Virus record (IMG/VR): IMGVR_UViG_3300018049_001835
DNA from: an uncultured virus (IMG/VR IMGVR_UViG_3300018049_001835)
Taxonomy: Duplodnaviria; Heunggongvirae; Uroviricota; Caudoviricetes
Length of the DNA stretch: 57,409 nt
Direction: 5' to 3' (one strand)
Part shown: in pieces, positions 1 through 8,751 of the stretch
How the letters are laid out: every line of letters starts with the position of its first letter
Numbering within the stretch: the stretch's first letter is position 1
Translations under genes and position numbers: made by a program
Notes under the pieces: model-generated
Told to the model about the DNA's origin: nothing
Databases searched by the model: none
The model's input: the letters and a program-made list of their open reading frames with translations, nothing else

Positions 1-286
1 TATCATTGCGCTCTATACGTAGTTTATACTCGTCGTGATCAAAATGCGAAAATAGGTTTAGTAAGATTTTTGCATCATCAAAATGCCTACGGTCAATATA
101 ACTTGTCCTATTAAACCCCCAAGTTTTAACAATTTGATGCTTATCGTCTACCATTTGCTGTAGTAGATCTATTTCTTTGCGAGCATAATTTAGATTTTTA
201 TCTCTAAAAATAACAGCAAGCTGGTTGTGTATTACCAGCTTGTACAGGTACTTGTTATAGAAAAGTTTTTTAGTTTCAAAGTTCAA
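1..286 (-). CDS. Hypothetical protein, partial (runs off the left edge)
   Basis: Read by hand: TTG at 286 overlapping the clpA end, open to position 1 (LNFETKKLFYNKYLYKL...KLRIERND). Confidence 0.6.
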   Translation of the reverse strand, partial: MNFETKKLFYNKYLYKLVIHNQLAVIFRDKNLNYARKEIDLLQQMVDDKHQIVKTWGFNRTSYIDRRHFDDAKILLNLFSHFDHDEYKLRIERND

Positions 287-2516
287 CAAGTGATTCCCCT
301 AAACTTTCCAAGTATAGGCTTTCATCATCTTCGTTGAATTTAATTGTTACACTACCGCCAGATTTTAAATTACCAAAGAGTAATTCTTTTGATAGTGGAC
401 GTTTGATTTCATTATCAATTACTCTTGCTAACGGTCTTGCACCCATTTTAGGATCGAAACCTTTATCTACAAGATAGTCTAATGCTTCAGAATCAACTTC
501 GATCTTGACTCCTTTATCTTTTACCATGTCTTTAAGTTCAACTAAGAACTTACCAACTATCTTCAACATAATTTCTTTAGAAAGTTTCTTGAATATAATA
601 GTTGCATCAAGTCTGTTACGGAATTCTGGAGCAAAGAATTTCTTAAGTGCTTTATCTTCATATTCTAATTCAAACTCGTCGTTGAATCCAATTAGATTTT
701 TCTCTGCATCACTTGCACCTAGGTTAGTTGTAAGGATAAGAACACAATTACGTGCATCTGCTTCTTTACTGTTACTACCTGTAACTTTACCATTATCCAT
801 TAACTGTAGTAATATTTGTGAAACATCTGGGTGTGCCTTTTCGATTTCATCTAACAGTAACACACAGTTTGGATTTTCTTGTAGTTTTGTAATTAACTGG
901 CCAGCATCTTCTTCGTAACCTACATAACCTGGAGGCGACCCAATTAGTTTAGCAACACTGTGCTTCTCTTGATATTCACTCATATCAAAACGGACTAGTT
1001 TTACACCTAGTTGTTCTGCTAGTTGCTTGGCTGTTTCTGTTTTACCTGTACCGGTTGGCCCCATAAAGATAAAACTACCAATTGGCTTATCGTCAGGTTT
1101 AAGACCTGCTTGTGCAACAAGAATTTTATCAACAATTTTATCAATTGCTTCGTCTTGTCCATACACCGCTTTTTTCATGTTGGTTTCTAGATGTGCTAGA
1201 TTACTTGTTTCTTTCTCTGCAATATTTTCAACAGGCATGTTAATCATCTTAGCAAGTTCAAATTGAATTTCTTCCTCTGTTACTAGTTTTTCAACTTCAG
1301 GATCTTTCAAATTAAATCTACTACATGCTACATCAATTAAGTCAATAGCCTTATCAGGAAGTTTTTTATCTGTTTGATACTTTACACTTAATTTTACAGC
1401 AGCTTCAATTGCTTGCTCTGTGATTTGTGTTTTGTGATAGTCCTCATAGTACTTTTTAATACCACGTAGAATATCTTTTGCTACTTCTGCATTTGGCTCG
1501 TCAACTGTAACACGTTGGAAACGGCGCATCAATGCACGATCTTTTTCAAAGCTCTTACGGAATTCTTCCCAAGTAGTTGAAGCAACAACTTTTAAGTTAC
1601 CTTTTGCAAGTGCTGGCTTTAACATATTAGCCAAATCGTTTGATTTGTCTTGCCCGCCTGCTCCTGCTCCGCTCATCATATGAGCTTCGTCGATAAACAT
1701 TACAGTTTTGCCTTTTTTCTGTAGTCCTTTGATGACTAACTTTAGACGTTCTTCAAAGTCTCCACGATATTTAGAGCCAGCGAGCATAGCACCAATATCT
1801 AGATTGTATACTTCATACTCTTTTAGGAATTCTGGTACATCGTCATTTACAATTTTAAATGCTAGACCTTCTGCAATAGCGGTTTTACCAACACCTGGAT
1901 CACCAACTAAAAGTACATTATTTTTTTGACGGCGTCCTAGTGCAAGAGCAATAGCATCTAGTTCTTCTGAACGTCCGATAATAGGATCTACACGTTGTTT
2001 TCTTACTTCGTCGTTTAGATTAGAAGTAAATGCACGAAGTGCTTTTGCGGCTGCACCGCTTAATTCTTCATCATCAAAGTCTTCATGCTCATTCGAAATG
2101 TAATCTGCAAATCTGTCTTTAGAAATGCCTGCTTTTTCTATCCAATATGTAGCAATAGATTTCTTTTCATTTAGTATACTAATGAATACATCGCTTAGTT
2201 CTATTTGATTACGACCGCTAAATAGAACTTGAGTAAACGCTCTGTTTAGAACACGTTCAACAGCCTGTGTTTTTTTAGGCTTGTGCTTTGTTCCGTCAAC
2301 TTTAATATCATCTAAAGCGGTTTTTAAATGATTTTCTAAATTAGATTTTATAAAGGCAGGGTCAGCACCATAACCTGTAACTATGTTTTCAAAGTTTTCT
2401 TCGCAAAGCATAGCGAATAGAATATGTTCAACTGTAACATACTCGTGTTGAAGTTTTCTAGCATCTGCGATTGCTTTTTCAAATACTAATTGTAGTTCTT
2501 TGCTTGGTTCAACCAT
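276..2516 (-). CDS. clpA: ATP-dependent Clp protease ATP-binding subunit (ClpA)
   Basis: Clp N-domain and two AAA+ modules (GDPGVGKT/FIDEAH; GPTGTGKT/LLDEIEKAH). ClpP-docking IGF loop present, no ClpB M-domain, 746 aa. Confidence 0.93.
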   Translation of the reverse strand: MVEPSKELQLVFEKAIADARKLQHEYVTVEHILFAMLCEENFENIVTGYGADPAFIKSNLENHLKTALDDIKVDGTKHKPKKTQAVERVLNRAFTQVLFSGRNQIELSDVFISILNEKKSIATYWIEKAGISKDRFADYISNEHEDFDDEELSGAAAKALRAFTSNLNDEVRKQRVDPIIGRSEELDAIALALGRRQKNNVLLVGDPGVGKTAIAEGLAFKIVNDDVPEFLKEYEVYNLDIGAMLAGSKYRGDFEERLKLVIKGLQKKGKTVMFIDEAHMMSGAGAGGQDKSNDLANMLKPALAKGNLKVVASTTWEEFRKSFEKDRALMRRFQRVTVDEPNAEVAKDILRGIKKYYEDYHKTQITEQAIEAAVKLSVKYQTDKKLPDKAIDLIDVACSRFNLKDPEVEKLVTEEEIQFELAKMINMPVENIAEKETSNLAHLETNMKKAVYGQDEAIDKIVDKILVAQAGLKPDDKPIGSFIFMGPTGTGKTETAKQLAEQLGVKLVRFDMSEYQEKHSVAKLIGSPPGYVGYEEDAGQLITKLQENPNCVLLLDEIEKAHPDVSQILLQLMDNGKVTGSNSKEADARNCVLILTTNLGASDAEKNLIGFNDEFELEYEDKALKKFFAPEFRNRLDATIIFKKLSKEIMLKIVGKFLVELKDMVKDKGVKIEVDSEALDYLVDKGFDPKMGARPLARVIDNEIKRPLSKELLFGNLKSGGSVTIKFNEDDESLYLESLGESLVEL

Positions 2517-3015
2517 GTGGATATTTTTTCCTTAATTTTATTTGCTTCTTTCTTGCCATATCAAGTTTAAGGCGAGATACACGACTAGTAAATTCGATAC
2601 CCTGTAAGTGATCGTATTCATGTAAAAAACATCTTGCATCTATATCGTATAATTCTATTATACATTCTTTTTGCTGTGTGTCAAGATATTTTACAACAAT
2701 ACCTCTAGGTCTACTAACCTTTAAAAACAAATTTGGATGACTTAAACACCCTTCTGGCATAGATTCTGCGTTTACTGTTACTTGCTCTATGCTTGGGTTA
2801 ATAATTGTAAGTGGACTATTATCTTCTAGCAAATGCGGCTTCATAACAAAAATTTGTCCATTGAACCCAACTTGATTTGCACTCAATCCTATTCCGCCTT
2901 CTTGCTCCATAATTTCAAGCATTTCTTTGGAAATTTGTTCGGCATCGTGCTTTTCGAAATCAAAAGGATCTACAACCTTTTCTAACCACGGATCTGGAGA
3001 TTTAATCAGTTTCAT
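2509..3015 (-). CDS. def: Peptide deformylase
   Basis: Motifs GIGLSANQ, EGCLS and HEYDH. Confidence 0.95.
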   Translation of the reverse strand: MKLIKSPDPWLEKVVDPFDFEKHDAEQISKEMLEIMEQEGGIGLSANQVGFNGQIFVMKPHLLEDNSPLTIINPSIEQVTVNAESMPEGCLSHPNLFLKVSRPRGIVVKYLDTQQKECIIELYDIDARCFLHEYDHLQGIEFTSRVSRLKLDMARKKQIKLRKKYPHG

Positions 3016-3841
3016 TGTTTATTATCTTTTTCATACTTTTTATATACTCTAACACCTGTGGGTTATCTATTTGTGGTATATGAGCATTTATTATTATATA
3101 TGCGTTTCCACGCACACCATTACGTCTGTCTGGTAAGCCATGTTGTGCTATATTAAATCTACATCCTACCTTCGTTCCTTTAGGTATTTTAAGATCTAAC
3201 TGTCTTCCTTCAAGTGTATCTACTATTATACTAGTTCCTGTAATTAAGTCAAGAGCATTTACAGAATATTCTCTATAAAGATTTATACCATCTCTTTGCC
3301 AATCTGTGTGAGGTAGAATTTGTATTTTAACATGTAAATCTCCTCTAGCAAATTGTAAGAAATCATCTCCTAAGCCTCCATATCTTATAGTATCACCATC
3401 TCTAATACCAGGAGGTATGTTTATCTCAACTGTTTCGGTGTTGCCGCTTCTTAATTTATAACTTGCAATTAGATTCTTACCTTTGAGAACATCTTCAAGT
3501 GTTACTTTAGCGGCAATAGTAATATCCTTGTTTCTACGAGGAGGTGGTCTAAACGGGTCTGTACCGTTTCTAAACATTTGACCAAACAAGTCCTGTATGT
3601 CAGGATTGACATTGTTAAAATCAAATCCTCTCTGATACTGTCCAAATTGGGGTTGAGGATTATCGTACTCAGCTCTCTTTTGCGGATCAATTAAAGTTTC
3701 ATATGCATCTTTAATTTGCACAAACTTTTTACTATCACCGCCTTTGTCAGGATGATGCTTTGCCGCTAATTTTCTAAAAGCGGTTTTAATTTCTTTATCG
3801 GTAGCTGTTTTAGATACGCCTAGTACGGAATAGTGGTCCAT
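3002..3841 (-). CDS. dnaJ: DnaJ/CbpA-class co-chaperone without zinc finger
   Basis: J-domain with HPD (HHPDKGG), G/F-rich linker and DnaJ C-terminal domain. Confidence 0.9.
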   Translation of the reverse strand: MDHYSVLGVSKTATDKEIKTAFRKLAAKHHPDKGGDSKKFVQIKDAYETLIDPQKRAEYDNPQPQFGQYQRGFDFNNVNPDIQDLFGQMFRNGTDPFRPPPRRNKDITIAAKVTLEDVLKGKNLIASYKLRSGNTETVEINIPPGIRDGDTIRYGGLGDDFLQFARGDLHVKIQILPHTDWQRDGINLYREYSVNALDLITGTSIIVDTLEGRQLDLKIPKGTKVGCRFNIAQHGLPDRRNGVRGNAYIIINAHIPQIDNPQVLEYIKSMKKIINNETD

Positions 3842-3864
3842 ACTATTACTTATTGATTATGCTG

Positions 3865-4158
3865 TTACTTTTTACTAGTTCCGGTGTATAAACCAAACCA
3901 TGCAGCACCAGCACCTACAACAATACTTACAAGTCCTGACTGTTCCATTGTAGGATCTTCAATACCCATGTACCAAATTACAACTTTGTACAGCAAGTAA
4001 ATGTATGTAGTTATAAAAATGCGTGGAAAAATTCTCCAACTGTCAACAGCTTTTGCTAGATCAATCCATGATTGAAATCTATTTTTTGAACTGTCTACTG
4101 TATTTGTATCTACTTCTAGTTCTATGTTTACTTTTTTTGTTTGAATTTCGTCACTCAT
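3865..4158 (-). CDS. Small two-TM membrane protein (possible holin)
   Basis: Two hydrophobic segments and a basic C-terminus. The holin role is inference. Confidence 0.6.
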   Translation of the reverse strand: MSDEIQTKKVNIELEVDTNTVDSSKNRFQSWIDLAKAVDSWRIFPRIFITTYIYLLYKVVIWYMGIEDPTMEQSGLVSIVVGAGAAWFGLYTGTSKK

Positions 4159-4517
4159 TTTTTCTTACCCTCTAATTTCTTAATTCTAGCATCTAGTTCT
4201 GGCCAAACATCAAACTCGTGTAGTTCTTTACATGGATGGCTATGCTTTTCTAGTTTAATAATTCTAGTTTCTAGTTCGTCGATCTTACGGGCTATATTGG
4301 GATTTACTTTACGCCAAGCATGCGGATCTTGGTTAAACCAAGTCCAACCAAACTTGTCTCTAATGCTATCAAGTAACCAATCCCATTTACCGTATGCCCA
4401 AAGCGCAATACGTGTATCTCTAATCCATGCAATGAATAAAGCACCAAAGATACTACCAGCTATTGCTGTATAAATCCATAGACGATCACTCGCCATGCGT
4501 TCTATCATTTCCCACAT
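4155..4517 (-). CDS. Hypothetical membrane protein
   Basis: N-terminal TM and coiled-coil C-terminus. SD GAGGG and ATAAATA (4543-4549) upstream; ATGA overlap with the next gene. Confidence 0.7.
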   Translation of the reverse strand: MWEMIERMASDRLWIYTAIAGSIFGALFIAWIRDTRIALWAYGKWDWLLDSIRDKFGWTWFNQDPHAWRKVNPNIARKIDELETRIIKLEKHSHPCKELHEFDVWPELDARIKKLEGKKK

Positions 4518-4548
4518 AAATGTGCCCTCTTTTGTTATACTGTATTTA

Positions 4549-4731
4549 TTAAAAAATAAGGGTATTTAGGTAGAAGATAGCAAACATTGCAAGTAATGCT
4601 GATATTTGTATAAGGGTAGGAATAGCAACAAACAGTTTCATTACACTAAAGTCACTTTTTCGGAAGTAATCGGTGTTCTCCCAATTTTTGATATCCTTGG
4701 GTGTTGCTTCAGTATAATTCTTTGTTGCCAT
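4549..4731 (-). CDS. Small membrane protein (60 aa)
   Basis: ORF track; C-terminal TM helix. Confidence 0.6.
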   Translation of the reverse strand: MATKNYTEATPKDIKNWENTDYFRKSDFSVMKLFVAIPTLIQISALLAMFAIFYLNTLIF

Positions 4732-4734
4732 TTT

Positions 4735-4869
4735 TTAGTTGTACGTTGCGGCGTACATAATTAATAAAGGTAGTGCAAGTGGTGTTGTTAACATGAAAAC
4801 AAAATTAATTGCTTCACAAAATTTACAAACCTGCTCGTTCTCCTTTAGTTTCAATATTAATGTGCTCAT
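4735..4869 (-). CDS. Small membrane protein (44 aa, CxxC)
   Basis: Read by hand: MSTLILKLKENEQVCKFCEAINFVFMLTTPLALPLLIMYAATYN, with a GGAG SD. Confidence 0.65.
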   Translation of the reverse strand: MSTLILKLKENEQVCKFCEAINFVFMLTTPLALPLLIMYAATYN

Positions 4870-5005
4870 TATCTCCGTTAGTCCTGTGTGTTTCGTTTGC
4901 CATATTTCTCATAGTAAGGACATAGTGTAAGTCATGCATAGGTGCATACTTCAAATAAAAGTAACTTACTACGATACTAGCAAAACTTATTAAAATAAAT
5001 TCCAT
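4823..5005 (-). CDS. Small membrane protein (60 aa)
   Basis: N-terminal TM; TAATG coupling to the upstream ORF. Confidence 0.55.
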   Translation of the reverse strand: MEFILISFASIVVSYFYLKYAPMHDLHYVLTMRNMANETHRTNGDNEHINIETKGERAGL

Positions 5006-5106
5006 TATATGTTTACTCCAAATAATGAAATCACAAAAATAGCCACAAGAAAAGTTACTTCAAGATGATCTCGAATTTTCTCATAGTCATATTTTTGAAA
5101 TTTCAC
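5005..5106 (-). CDS. Small membrane peptide (33 aa)
   Basis: Read by hand from GTG: MKFQKYDYEKIRDHLEVTFLVAIFVISLFGVNI. Its stop overlaps the next ATG (TAATG). Confidence 0.5.
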   Translation of the reverse strand: MKFQKYDYEKIRDHLEVTFLVAIFVISLFGVNI

Positions 5107-5135
5107 TTTATAATAATATTAGTAATTTTTATATT

Positions 5136-5164
5136 ATAATATAACAATATAATATATTTGTCAA
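5136..5164 (-). promoter_or_regulatory. Sigma70-type promoter for the small-membrane-protein cluster
   Basis: TTGACA (5164-5159), N17, TATTAT (5141-5136). ATAAATA also at 5168-5174. Confidence 0.65.
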
Positions 5165-5206
5165 CCTTATTTATCAAAAAGTTTAAAAAGTGGGTATATT
5201 ATGATT

Positions 5207-5386
5207 TTAATTAATATGCTCGGAGCGAGATTTTTTTGCGGTGTGTGTAACACCTGTACGTGTTACATATGAATCAGGAAGAATACCTTTACTTCCGCAT
5301 TTGTCATTTAAAACGTCTATCAAGAACCACATACTTACAAAACAAACAATAGCTAGTAAGACTGTAAGTATTATGATAGTCATCAT
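5207..5386 (-). CDS. Small membrane-anchored protein (59 aa)
   Basis: Read by hand: MMTIIILTVLLAIVCFVSMWFLIDVLNDK...SEHIN. ATGA overlap with the upstream gene. Confidence 0.6.
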   Translation of the reverse strand: MMTIIILTVLLAIVCFVSMWFLIDVLNDKCGSKGILPDSYVTRTGVTHTAKKSRSEHIN

Positions 5387-5580
5387 TCGTATATTATTTT
5401 TATACCTCTACGAATAAGTTCTCGTCTAACTTTATTTTTAATTTTTGGTTTAGCAGATAGACTGTTTAGATATTCTATTAGTTCTTCTTTAGGTGTTTGT
5501 TTTAGATAGAAATGGACCTCTTTGTTTTTACCGGTTGCTTTATCCCTTATTGAATGACTGGGCTTGAATTTTTCCGGCAC
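5383..5580 (-). CDS. Hypothetical basic protein
   Basis: ORF coupled to the iscU stop. Confidence 0.6.
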   Translation of the reverse strand: MPEKFKPSHSIRDKATGKNKEVHFYLKQTPKEELIEYLNSLSAKPKIKNKVRRELIRRGIKIIYE

Positions 5581-6056
5581 TATTTAGGTCCTCCGTTATG
5601 GCCAATCATGCTGTCATCTTTTTTAATCATGCTGTCTAAAAAAGTGCCTTTTCGACCTGCTTTCTTTTCTTCCCAATCTTTAATAGCACGTTGAATACTA
5701 TCTTCTGCTAGTACAGAACAGTGTATTTTGATAGGCGGCAATTCTAATGCTTCAGCAATTTCTTTATCTTTTATCTGCTTTGCTTCTTCGATTGTTTTGC
5801 CGATAAGCATTTCGACAAACATACTACTAGATGCTATTGCACTTCCGCAACCATAAGTTTTAAATTTTACATCTTCTATAACTTCAGTTTCTGGATTAAG
5901 TTTTAGATCTAGTTTCATAACATCACCACATGCAGGAGCACCTGTCATGCCTATAGCAACGTTTGGATCGTTAGGGTCAAACCGACCTACCCCATGAGCG
6001 CCTGGGTTATTTGTAACCTGCTCAAATCGGTCGATTACTTTTTGTGAATATGCCAT
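5580..6056 (-). CDS. iscU: Fe-S cluster scaffold IscU
   Basis: GAPACGDVM, YGCGSAIASSS and LPPIKIHC: three Cys plus the HscA-binding LPP(V/I)K motif. Confidence 0.95.
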   Translation of the reverse strand: MAYSQKVIDRFEQVTNNPGAHGVGRFDPNDPNVAIGMTGAPACGDVMKLDLKLNPETEVIEDVKFKTYGCGSAIASSSMFVEMLIGKTIEEAKQIKDKEIAEALELPPIKIHCSVLAEDSIQRAIKDWEEKKAGRKGTFLDSMIKKDDSMIGHNGGPK

Positions 6057-6082
6057 AATGTATTGAAAATTAATTAGTGTAT

Positions 6083-6111
6083 ATTATATAACACTAATGT
6101 ATTTATGTCAA
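6083..6111 (-). promoter_or_regulatory. Perfect sigma70 promoter upstream of iscU
   Basis: TTGACA (6111-6106), N17, TATAAT (6088-6083). ATAAATA lies in the spacer (6100-6106). Confidence 0.8.
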
Positions 6112-6112
6112 C

Positions 6113-6502
6113 CTATTCAGGTTGTGTTTCTTCTTGCTCACTTTCGTAATATTCTTTGTAAGCATCTATAATTCTATTTTGCTTTAGCATGTATGCACGT
6201 ATTTGTGCATAATTCATTCTAAAGTTTTCATAGTTTTCATCGGTCAAACCTATTAGCACAGGGTCAATACCTTTTGCTTCTAGATCTGCAAAAACCTGCT
6301 CTGCATTTTCTCTGTTAATTATAATCCAGCGAACTTCTTCCAGTTGTGCAGGTTCGGGTAGAGGTAAATTTAACGGCTGTCTTGCAACTTCTGTTTTTAA
6401 TACTTCAACTGGCTTGATAGTACTACATCCACTAATAAGGGACGTAGTTAGGATTAGCAAGCTCAGGACAAACAGTGTTGATCTGTGACTTCTTTGTAGC
6501 AT
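6113..6502 (-). CDS. Outer-membrane lipoprotein, o-spanin (Rz1-like)
   Basis: Signal peptide with lipobox ISGC, Pro-rich segment, overlaps the 3' end of the i-spanin gene. Confidence 0.7.
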   Translation of the reverse strand: MLQRSHRSTLFVLSLLILTTSLISGCSTIKPVEVLKTEVARQPLNLPLPEPAQLEEVRWIIINRENAEQVFADLEAKGIDPVLIGLTDENYENFRMNYAQIRAYMLKQNRIIDAYKEYYESEQEETQPE

Positions 6503-6917
6503 TTAACTCCTCTTCGGTTAATTCGGCGCCACCTATTATTTCAAAGCAACGTCTTTCATTAACTTCATCTTTATTTAATATACGCTCTATACTTAATGGT
6601 CTTTCAACTGATAAAGCGCCTATATCTCTTTCTACTCCAGACGCATTCAACTGGTTAAATTTTTCATTTAAATTATTGATATTTGTCTGTAACATTCTAT
6701 TTACATCTTCTAAGTCATTACGTACCTGAGTAATGGCTTCAAAGTCTCTTTGTTGTTGTTCTATTAGTGCTTGTTGTTCCTGTATTCCATCCTCAAGTTT
6801 TACAATATTCATCTTTGCTGTGTCAAGGTCGCTTTGTAACTTCTTGACATACCAGAAGCCACCGCCTGCACTAGCAAGGATAATTAAAAATATTGCAATT
6901 CTTAGACTACTAAACAT
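6432..6917 (-). CDS. Inner-membrane i-spanin (Rz-like)
   Basis: N-terminal TM, long coiled coil and two C-terminal Cys; downstream of the endolysin. Confidence 0.7.
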   Translation of the reverse strand: MFSSLRIAIFLIILASAGGGFWYVKKLQSDLDTAKMNIVKLEDGIQEQQALIEQQQRDFEAITQVRNDLEDVNRMLQTNINNLNEKFNQLNASGVERDIGALSVERPLSIERILNKDEVNERRCFEIIGGAELTEEELNATKKSQINTVCPELANPNYVPY

Positions 6918-7140
6918 TAACGTGTTTGCCTACTACTTCAATTAGATCTTGTACAGTACCAATATCAAATGTTTCCTCTTCTGGAATTTCAATATCAAGT
7001 TTTTTAGTAACTTGCACTACAACATCAACTATATCTATCTCATCTCCGTCTAGATCATCTAAAAAATGACTTGCGGGAGTGAACTCTTTTTCAGCACCGA
7101 AATGATCTTTCAGTACTTGCATAATAACATCTACATACAT
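6910..7140 (-). CDS. acpP: Acyl carrier protein homologue lacking the phosphopantetheine Ser
   Basis: 76 aa, acidic, ACP pattern (F.DDL.GDxxD.V.......LDIEIPEEE...I.TVQDLI), but GDEID replaces (A/G)DSLD. Confidence 0.8.
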   Translation of the reverse strand: MYVDVIMQVLKDHFGAEKEFTPASHFLDDLDGDEIDIVDVVVQVTKKLDIEIPEEETFDIGTVQDLIEVVGKHVNV

Positions 7141-7144
7141 AATT

Positions 7145-8014
7145 TTATCCTAATAGTTCTCCGAGTGTAGCAGGACCAGCAATGCCGTCAGCTACTAGGC
7201 CTTTGCTTGCTTGCCACTCTTTTAATACACGTTCTGTGCCAGGTCCAAAAATACCATCAGCACTAATACCTAGTGCTTCTTGCATCATTTTTACACCTTC
7301 ACCTCTGCAACCTTTGCGGAGCACTCCGATATCATCAATATCAAAGTCATCGTCTCCATTATCATCTGCAATACTTACAGGGTTGCCTAAAATTTCCATT
7401 GCAGATACATAACGTTTTTGACGATCGGCTAACCCAATGTTACCACCGTTAATTTTCTTAGTCATTTTAACAACGTCATCAGTATCAGCAATGCTGTTTA
7501 AGTTGTTTGTATCCCAGAACCAGCATGCTGATTCAACAGCACCTTTTTCTGTAGCAACATACACAGCTGCTTCTTCGGCAGACATATTAACTGATGCTCC
7601 AAACCGTGTATAATTCTCACGTCCAGTTAACTGTTTTAAACCACGACCACGGAACAACCAACCGTCGCCTTCTTTAACATTGCCCATCTTGTATTTACGG
7701 AACTCGTCCATGTATACATAGTTTGCAATTTTCTCTGGGTTTCTTGCATATTCAGCAGCATTACGCTTTGGCGGCGCACCAAAGTAGCGACCAAATACAG
7801 CATTTAATGCTTTTTCACTATAATTTAGATTTTCTTGTAAACTTTTGAAGTTTCCACTTTCATGAGCACATTGACTTAAAAAGTGTGCTACTCTTCGCTT
7901 AGTATTAATTTCATATTTAGGCATAATTGCTATCAAAGCATCATACCACTTATCCACATCTTTATTTCCTGGGATTATTTTTGCAAGGTGATCTCTAGTG
8001 AATTCAAAGTCCAT
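7145..8014 (-). CDS. Endolysin: GH19 (chitinase-like) domain plus C-terminal peptidoglycan-binding domain
   Basis: AHFLSQCAHES, ENLNYS, FRGRGLKQLTGRENY, TKKINGG; PG_binding_1-like DGIFGPGT and DGIAGPAT. Confidence 0.9.
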   Translation of the reverse strand: MDFEFTRDHLAKIIPGNKDVDKWYDALIAIMPKYEINTKRRVAHFLSQCAHESGNFKSLQENLNYSEKALNAVFGRYFGAPPKRNAAEYARNPEKIANYVYMDEFRKYKMGNVKEGDGWLFRGRGLKQLTGRENYTRFGASVNMSAEEAAVYVATEKGAVESACWFWDTNNLNSIADTDDVVKMTKKINGGNIGLADRQKRYVSAMEILGNPVSIADDNGDDDFDIDDIGVLRKGCRGEGVKMMQEALGISADGIFGPGTERVLKEWQASKGLVADGIAGPATLGELLG

Positions 8015-8031
8015 ATTTCTTCCTGTTAATG

Positions 8032-8751
8032 CTACTTACGTAGTCTTTCTACAACTAGTGTATTGTTACTATTATCTAGCGATAGTTTATTACCATATTT
8101 AGTAATGTTGTAATCGCCAAGGTATTTACTTAAAAAGATAATTTCAGCAAAATCATCTGTATTAACTCTTTCGTTTATGTTTGCGATAGTGTTTATCGTT
8201 TCTCCAAAATCAATGACTCTAAATTGGATTGGTTCTGCATACACTTTTTTAAGTGTTAGTACGTCACCTGTCATATACGATTCTTCTAAGTAACTTTTGT
8301 TAAAGAAATCTTTGTAATTATTTAGACGTGTTTCTTGGATTTTAATATCGTAAGTATTACTGTCTAATGGAATCTCTTCTGCAAGACTATCTTGCGTAAG
8401 ATCTTTTGATTTAAAATTTTTGTAGTATCTAAATTTTAAACTTTCTATGTCAGACAGTTTACAAACACCGTCTGCAATTTCCATAACTTGTTCTGGAATA
8501 TGTTTTGATCTTTCTACTTCTACAAAAACTTTATATGTGCCATCACTTTGTTCGCCTGGTGTAGCATCAGCATCTAAAACAAAGTCATACCCTTTTTCTA
8601 AAAAATTCATTAGATCATTAGCCGCTTCTTTTTCCTTAACACTAAATGCTAATGTTACTATGTCTTTATCTTCCCCCATTTTTGATTTGAAACTATCAAT
8701 TTCAAAAATGTCGTAGACCATGTTTTTTAAATCTGATTTAAGTAAACCCAT
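8032..8751 (-). CDS. Hypothetical phage protein
   Basis: 239-aa ORF coupled to its neighbours. Confidence 0.7.
   Translation of the reverse strand: MGLLKSDLKNMVYDIFEIDSFKSKMGEDKDIVTLAFSVKEKEAANDLMNFLEKGYDFVLDADATPGEQSDGTYKVFVEVERSKHIPEQVMEIADGVCKLSDIESLKFRYYKNFKSKDLTQDSLAEEIPLDSNTYDIKIQETRLNNYKDFFNKSYLEESYMTGDVLTLKKVYAEPIQFRVIDFGETINTIANINERVNTDDFAEIIFLSKYLGDYNITKYGNKLSLDNSNNTLVVERLRK

Noticed and set aside
217..242. Hairpin CAAGCTGGT-N8-ACCAGCTTG after clpA as a terminator
   Set aside because: It lies inside an open reading frame (1-286) that overlaps the clpA stop, and the U-tract is weak.
5109..5127. Fur-box-like AT-rich stretch
   Set aside because: Only a partial match in nearly pure A/T DNA, so not distinguishable from chance.
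5246..5267. Inverted repeat TGTAACAC-N6-GTGTTACA
   Set aside because: A single copy inside a coding region with no regulatory context.
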